A DNA stretch of 49,096 nt from contig JAUCBJ010008642.1 of assembly GCA_032718475.1 (NCBI GenBank), positions 1 to 49,096 of the forward strand, given 5' to 3'. The notes below the pieces were generated by a model. The model ran no database searches and had not been told where the DNA came from. It was given only the letters and a program-made list of their open reading frames with translations. The translations under genes were made by a program, and so were the position numbers. Positions 44,281 through 49,096 of this stretch are shown here, in pieces (within the stretch, counting starts at the first letter, position 1; every line of letters begins with the position of its first letter). Origin of the DNA: Nemertoderma westbladi. Taxonomy: Eukaryota; Animalia; Xenacoelomorpha.

Positions 44281-45330
44281 GGGAGTAGTACAGGCACTCA
44301 AATTTATTTTCTGTCTCATCTAGAGCAGATTTTTATCAAGATTCCAAATTTGAAAACTGTTTAGCCAGATCTGTTTTACTTCTCAAGATATGGCTGTCTG
44401 ACCGATTGACTGTCGGTTTGTCCGTCAGTATGTCTGTCCGTCAATAAAAAGTAAATTATCTGCCTAAAATAATTCCCTATATGGGTTTTTGTTATATGGG
44501 TTGACTTCATTTCTGATATGTATTCAAATTTGGCCTCGTCGTTTCTGTCTGTATGCCTGTAAGTCTGTACGTCAAAATATAACCGACAGACTGACTGCCA
44601 AACAGACAATTTGGAGGTCATCAAATGTTGAAACTGTCACTCGAAATGAATTCCGCGACCAGGAAAACCCCGCTAGTTAAACTTTTAACTAGATTGTTTG
44701 CTCTTTTCTTATTTTTGACGGACAGATTGTCGGATAGTCAGAAAGACCGAAAGACTACCTACAGAAAATCAATATTTAATTTTAAGTGAAAACTGACATC
44801 AGAAATGAAATCAGCGACCAGGAACACCCCCATAGCAAAAGTCGTAGCTTAGTTTAATGCTTTCTATTTGCTAGGTATATATTGACAGACGTTATTTCAT
44901 AATAACAGACAGTTTTTGCGCGGGAAGGTTCAAATTTTAACTGAATTTTTCTCAAAATGCGTTTTTAGAATTTTTTTGGTACATGTTTCTCAGCTGCCAT
45001 TTGAGTTATAGAGTTAAAATGTCTCACTAGGAACATTTTTTACCGTAGAATAACGTAAACAAATTAGTTTATTTTATATTATGTAAGAATAAGTACCGAA
45101 CTGCGATTGTAATGTTTGTGATACTAATTATTTGGCTAAATTTTTTTAAAATTAGGACAATTTTTAAAAAAATAAGCTAATTCTATGAAAAAAAAATTGA
45201 AATTCAAAAAACCAATTAGTCTACCTGAAAGCCCGTTAATTTCTGGTTGGAATGCAAGAACAGTTGGCCTATAAAGTAATCTGATGCGTTCTAAAAGTGT
45301 ACTGAGACAGTAGTTTGTATTGATATCCCT
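44281..45330. mobile_element. Possible non-autonomous DNA transposon remnant
   Basis: Begins after TTAA with GGGGAG; internal direct and inverted GAAATGAA...GCGACCAGGAA motifs (44502, 44640, 44797) and GACAGAC tracts; no matching second TIR found. Confidence 0.3.
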
Positions 45331-45898
45331 CTCTATCTATTTTTCATGTGCTCCAGCTGGTGTTTTATCATTGGGCCTATGGCGTTTTTTCGTTTATGAC
45401 TATTTTTCGAGCCCACATTCTATGGACAGACATGGGACCAGCGGGAAATCGTTAACGAAATCGTTAGAGCCGTTTTTATATTATTTCGCCTCAAAATATT
45501 ACTATTATTACTATTATATAATAATATTATATTATTAAAATTATTTATTTGTTATTATATTATTATTTATTTATTTTATTAAATTTATTATCAAATTCTT
45601 ATTACAGAAAGTAACCTTCGGTTCCTACTATGATAATTATATCGTTTGTGCAATAAATTATTTTTGCCTGTCGTCTAGGATACGGCAAATGCTCTCGCTT
45701 TTGTCAGTTCATGATTTACTTTACTATATATTATATAAATACGTTATTGTGTAATTATAATTATAATTATATAGAGTACATTACTTAATTATTGTACTAA
45801 GTGTTGTGGGTCTCTATATATAATATATGCTATCTATATGGCGAATTAAAATTTAATAATAATAATAATATAGTTAATAGTTAACAATAGTAGATTCG

Positions 45899-46956
45899 TT
45901 AAACTCTGATCTTCATTTCTATTTTCTCCATCGGTACGTAGCTGACAGGGTCAGTGAATGTGAACCAATGAGGTCCCTCCTGACCCCCCCTCCCGTAGAT
46001 GCCGTTTAGATTGGACCGGCTGCACCTCGATACCACCAAGCCCCTTTGTAGTCGGCGGCGCAGTTATCGGAAGAAGCATCGTTGTCGCGATCCTAGGTGG
46101 AGAACGGTTGTCCATTGAGGTAGCCAACCCCACCGGGACTCCCGTAAAGTATCGAATCACCAGCTGTACCGCTGTATCCGGATATCTGTAGCGTGTAATT
46201 ACTATTAGAATCACCGATACTGAAGTTATTATACTCGGCGTACTTGTGTTCTCCTCGGTACCAAAGATCGATCCTCAGTTTGACTCCGGCTTTGGTAAGT
46301 TTGTGGATGTTATCCAAACCTAGAAAAAACTCGCTCTCCACAAGACCAAATCCCGTAGTATACTGGCTCCATCCACGATAGAAATCTATTGATCCATCTA
46401 CCCGCCTCTGTATTACTATCCACGGACCTCCAGGGACTGAGTTGTCGCATCTAATGACCCCATTTAGTCCATTAGTATGGTTGACGAAGGTGATGGAACC
46501 TACTTCGAGTATTTAAACAAACCAACACGGGATGAAGCTGCGACAACATTTCCTCTAACTCGTTATTTCTTTCCTTTAGATCCCCAATACTTTCCACTGA
46601 CACTCGATTATTTTGAATTGTAATCTGGTCTTTTACTTTCCTTTATTATGATTATTTTGAATTGTAATCTGGTCTTTTATTTCTTTATTGTTCTTGTTAG
46701 ACATCATAACAAACAATGTTGCTAGTGCCGCTGTTACTAACACCACTACCAAGATCCCTCCAACAACCCCGACCCACCATCTCCTAACTGAAACAACTCG
46801 TCTCTTAGTAACTGATTTATTGTCACCTTCACTATTCTGTGACGGATTAGCAGGAATCACGTTCTCTGGAATAACTTCATAGACACCTTCCGTCGTCCCT
46901 GGAAATTCTTCCAGTCGGATTTCTGAATTAATATAACCACCGCCTTGTTGATCCAT
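45899..46956 (-). pseudogene. Intronless type II transmembrane fibrinogen-C-domain (FIBCD1-like architecture) pseudogene
   Basis: N-terminal tail, TM WWVGVVGGILVVVLVTAALATLFVMM, 14-aa stalk repeats, then IRCDNSVPGGPWIVIQRRVDGSIDFYRGWSQYTTGFG...EFFLGLDNIH...YSGTAGDS...PFST*DRDND...GAWWY...SNLNG...EMKIRV. About three frameshifts and one stop. Confidence 0.85.
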
Positions 46957-47714
46957 GTTGTAGATGAGTTAATGATTGATTGATCAGATAGTACAATGGC
47001 AAAGTTATAGCTTAAACTAGTCGACTTTAATAATCTTGATTTAAAAAAAACTAATAAATGTTTCGATAGTTTTATGAATTATAATAAGTCCTGTATTCTA
47101 ACTTTACAATAATTAGTAATAAATTACAACTTGTTCGTTAACTGTATGACCAAAAATATGAAGGATTCTTGTTTTGTTGACTAAGTAACCACCGCCAAAC
47201 CGCTGACCTAATCCTTCAGTTTTATAAGCCTTTCATATAATACAGTTAAATATTGGCAGAAATTATATTTAATACCAATGGAGGTGAATTACATTATTTT
47301 ACTGGGGCCAACAAACGTATACCATTACTATAGAATTGATCCCTACTATAAAATTATAACTAACTACTAACTAACATACGAGAGGGAATTCACAATAATG
47401 TTACTGGAGCCAAGAACTTGCCCATCTTTGTAAATACTTTTCTAATTCTTAGTAGGTGAACAAACATTCTTAATGGATAAACTAGCGGCCCCAATAATAC
47501 GTGATATAAACTAATTAATATAACAAAAATGTTAGTGGTTCATATAGGAAGGAAATAAAATTAATGTCGATTTATCAATGAAAAATTTAGAAAAGTTACA
47601 ATATATGTCGATATTCAATTGCCTGAGTTTCAGCAGCATCTTTCTAATACTTATTTGCCAATAAATAACACGAGTGGGTCCTTCGTCCTGCAAGCGAACA
47701 AATATTATTACTAG

Positions 47715-47890
47715 CTGGAATATCCGAAACTTTTGCCGAAACGCAACTTTTTACCAAAACGCATCTTTTTTCCCGAATCGCGACTGTTGCCGAAACGAAA
47801 CTTTTTGCCGAAACGGAACTTTTTAGCCGAATCGCGGCTTTTTTTGCCGAAACGCGACAGTTGCCGAAACGCGAAGTAACCTTTCGGCAA
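47715..47890. repeat. Short degenerate (TTTTGCCGAAACG)n array, MITE-subterminal-like
   Basis: About 9-10 copies at 16-19 bp spacing, with one inverted copy TTTCGGCAAC at 47882. Confidence 0.6.
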
Positions 47891-48569
47891 CTGAGCAACT
47901 TTGGATTGTAGAAACTCCACGAATTGTTCTTATCTGAGCGAATAGGTCAATTTTATCATGGACACAAGCTGTATTAACTTGTCTTTACGTACCACATCTG
48001 AATTATGATTCACTTTCCTTATAGTGTATTTCTATCGTCCCCTGGAAGTTCTACTCATGTGAAATAGTTGGGGATTAGTATGTACATCAGGTCTACCCGC
48101 AGATGTTTAAACATTGTGCCAAATCATCTCGAAACGGACGGATATATTCGTTCCATCCTGGTGGTATAATGGGCTACTGTCTATCGGTAGTTTTATTAGA
48201 TTAGTGGCTTCGTACAAAGCTAATGGTACAGTATAACCATCAATACAACTTATTAATTTCAATCCAGTTAAAGAAATCCCATAAATTCACATAAATTCAG
48301 ATGTGGATTTCAGTTGTTGCTTATATATCATACAATATATCTTGACTTCTTTCTGAACGGCTTCATGTACATAGCTTCAGCTGTAGATAAATAGATTTTG
48401 TGGAATCAGAATATTATATATATATGATTATATTATAATCATAAATTGGTTTGAATCTTGAAATTTTTGATTTTTTACACACTTGATATTTTCTCAAGTG
48501 TGTATTGAATACACCATGTCCTGGAATATAGTGTCGTTATTCAGATACCTGCCCCCCCCCCCCCCCCCT

Positions 48570-48890
48570 TTTATCTGGTCTTTTATTTCTTTATTGTGAT
48601 TATTTTGAATTGTAATCTGGTCTTTTATTTATTTATTATGATTATTTGGTATTGTAATCTGGTCTTTTATTTCTTTATTATGATTATTTTGAATTGTAAT
48701 CTTGTCTTTTATATCTTTATTATGATTATTTTGAATTGTAATCTTGTCTTTTATTTCTTTATTATGATTATTTTGTATTTTTATCTGGTGTTTTATTTCT
48801 TTATTATGATTATTTTGAATTGTAATCTGGTCTTTTATTTCTTTATTATGATTATTTTGTATTGTAATCTGGTCTTTTATTTCTTTATTG
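48570..48890 (-). repeat. 42-bp coding minisatellite (KEIKDQITIQNNHN)
   Basis: Period of 42 bp directly visible; about 2 units in the 46600-46690 paralog. Confidence 0.9.
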
Positions 48891-49096
48891 TTCTTGTTAG
48901 ACATCATAACGAACAATGTTGCTAGTGCCGCTGCTACTAACAACACTACCAAGATCCCACCAACAACCCCGACCCACCATCTTCTAACCGAAACAACTCG
49001 TCTCTCAGTAACGGCTTTATTGCGTCCTATAACATTCTGTGACGTATGTTGTGGAATCGTATACTTTTCGGTCGAAATTCTATTGGAATTTTATAT
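48570..49096 (-). pseudogene. Truncated paralog of the TM-FReD gene (TM plus expanded stalk, no FBG domain)
   Basis: RRVVSVRRWWVGVVGGILVVLLVAAALATLFVMMSNKN followed by ~7 x 42-bp repeats, an in-frame TAA, and an abrupt end at a poly-G tract. The start is not visible in the window. Confidence 0.75.

Noticed and set aside
47644-47920. Basic repeat ORFs (FGKKFRFGK...)
   Set aside because: Translation of a non-triplet DNA motif array; open in two frames by chance.
48596-48925. Plus-strand hydrophobic 109-aa ORF
   Set aside because: Antisense reading of the 42-bp stalk repeat.

Overview
Eukaryotic (animal, probably a bilaterian invertebrate) repeat-rich window with no intact host gene. Bases ~71-40364 are a head-to-tail array of five non-autonomous Helitron-like units (TCTATATATATAAAT...hairpin-CTAG). 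Each unit carries an internal array of ~147-bp monomers, and each monomer contains a CTCF-like site (core plus upstream module). Three related BEL/Pao LTR retrotransposons sit inside this array: a minus-strand LTR end at 1-70; a near-complete, recently inserted but inactivated 18.5-kb element at 7228-25691 (TSD TACAC), whose RT is split by a 2.5-kb Helentron/DINE-like insertion; and a deleted, rearranged 12-kb relative at 28242-40231 (TSD ATCAG). Neither complete element has a tRNA-type PBS. Instead, the 11-12 nt after the 5' LTR are exactly complementary to a conserved motif inside the LTR, which suggests Tf1-style self-priming in a BEL/Pao family. The last 9 kb hold a minus-strand cluster of intronless, type II transmembrane fibrinogen-related (FReD) pseudogenes and fragments, a different BEL/Pao pol remnant, a 62-bp satellite derived from that remnant, and a LINE RT fragment. 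All calls were made by eye; no database searches were run.
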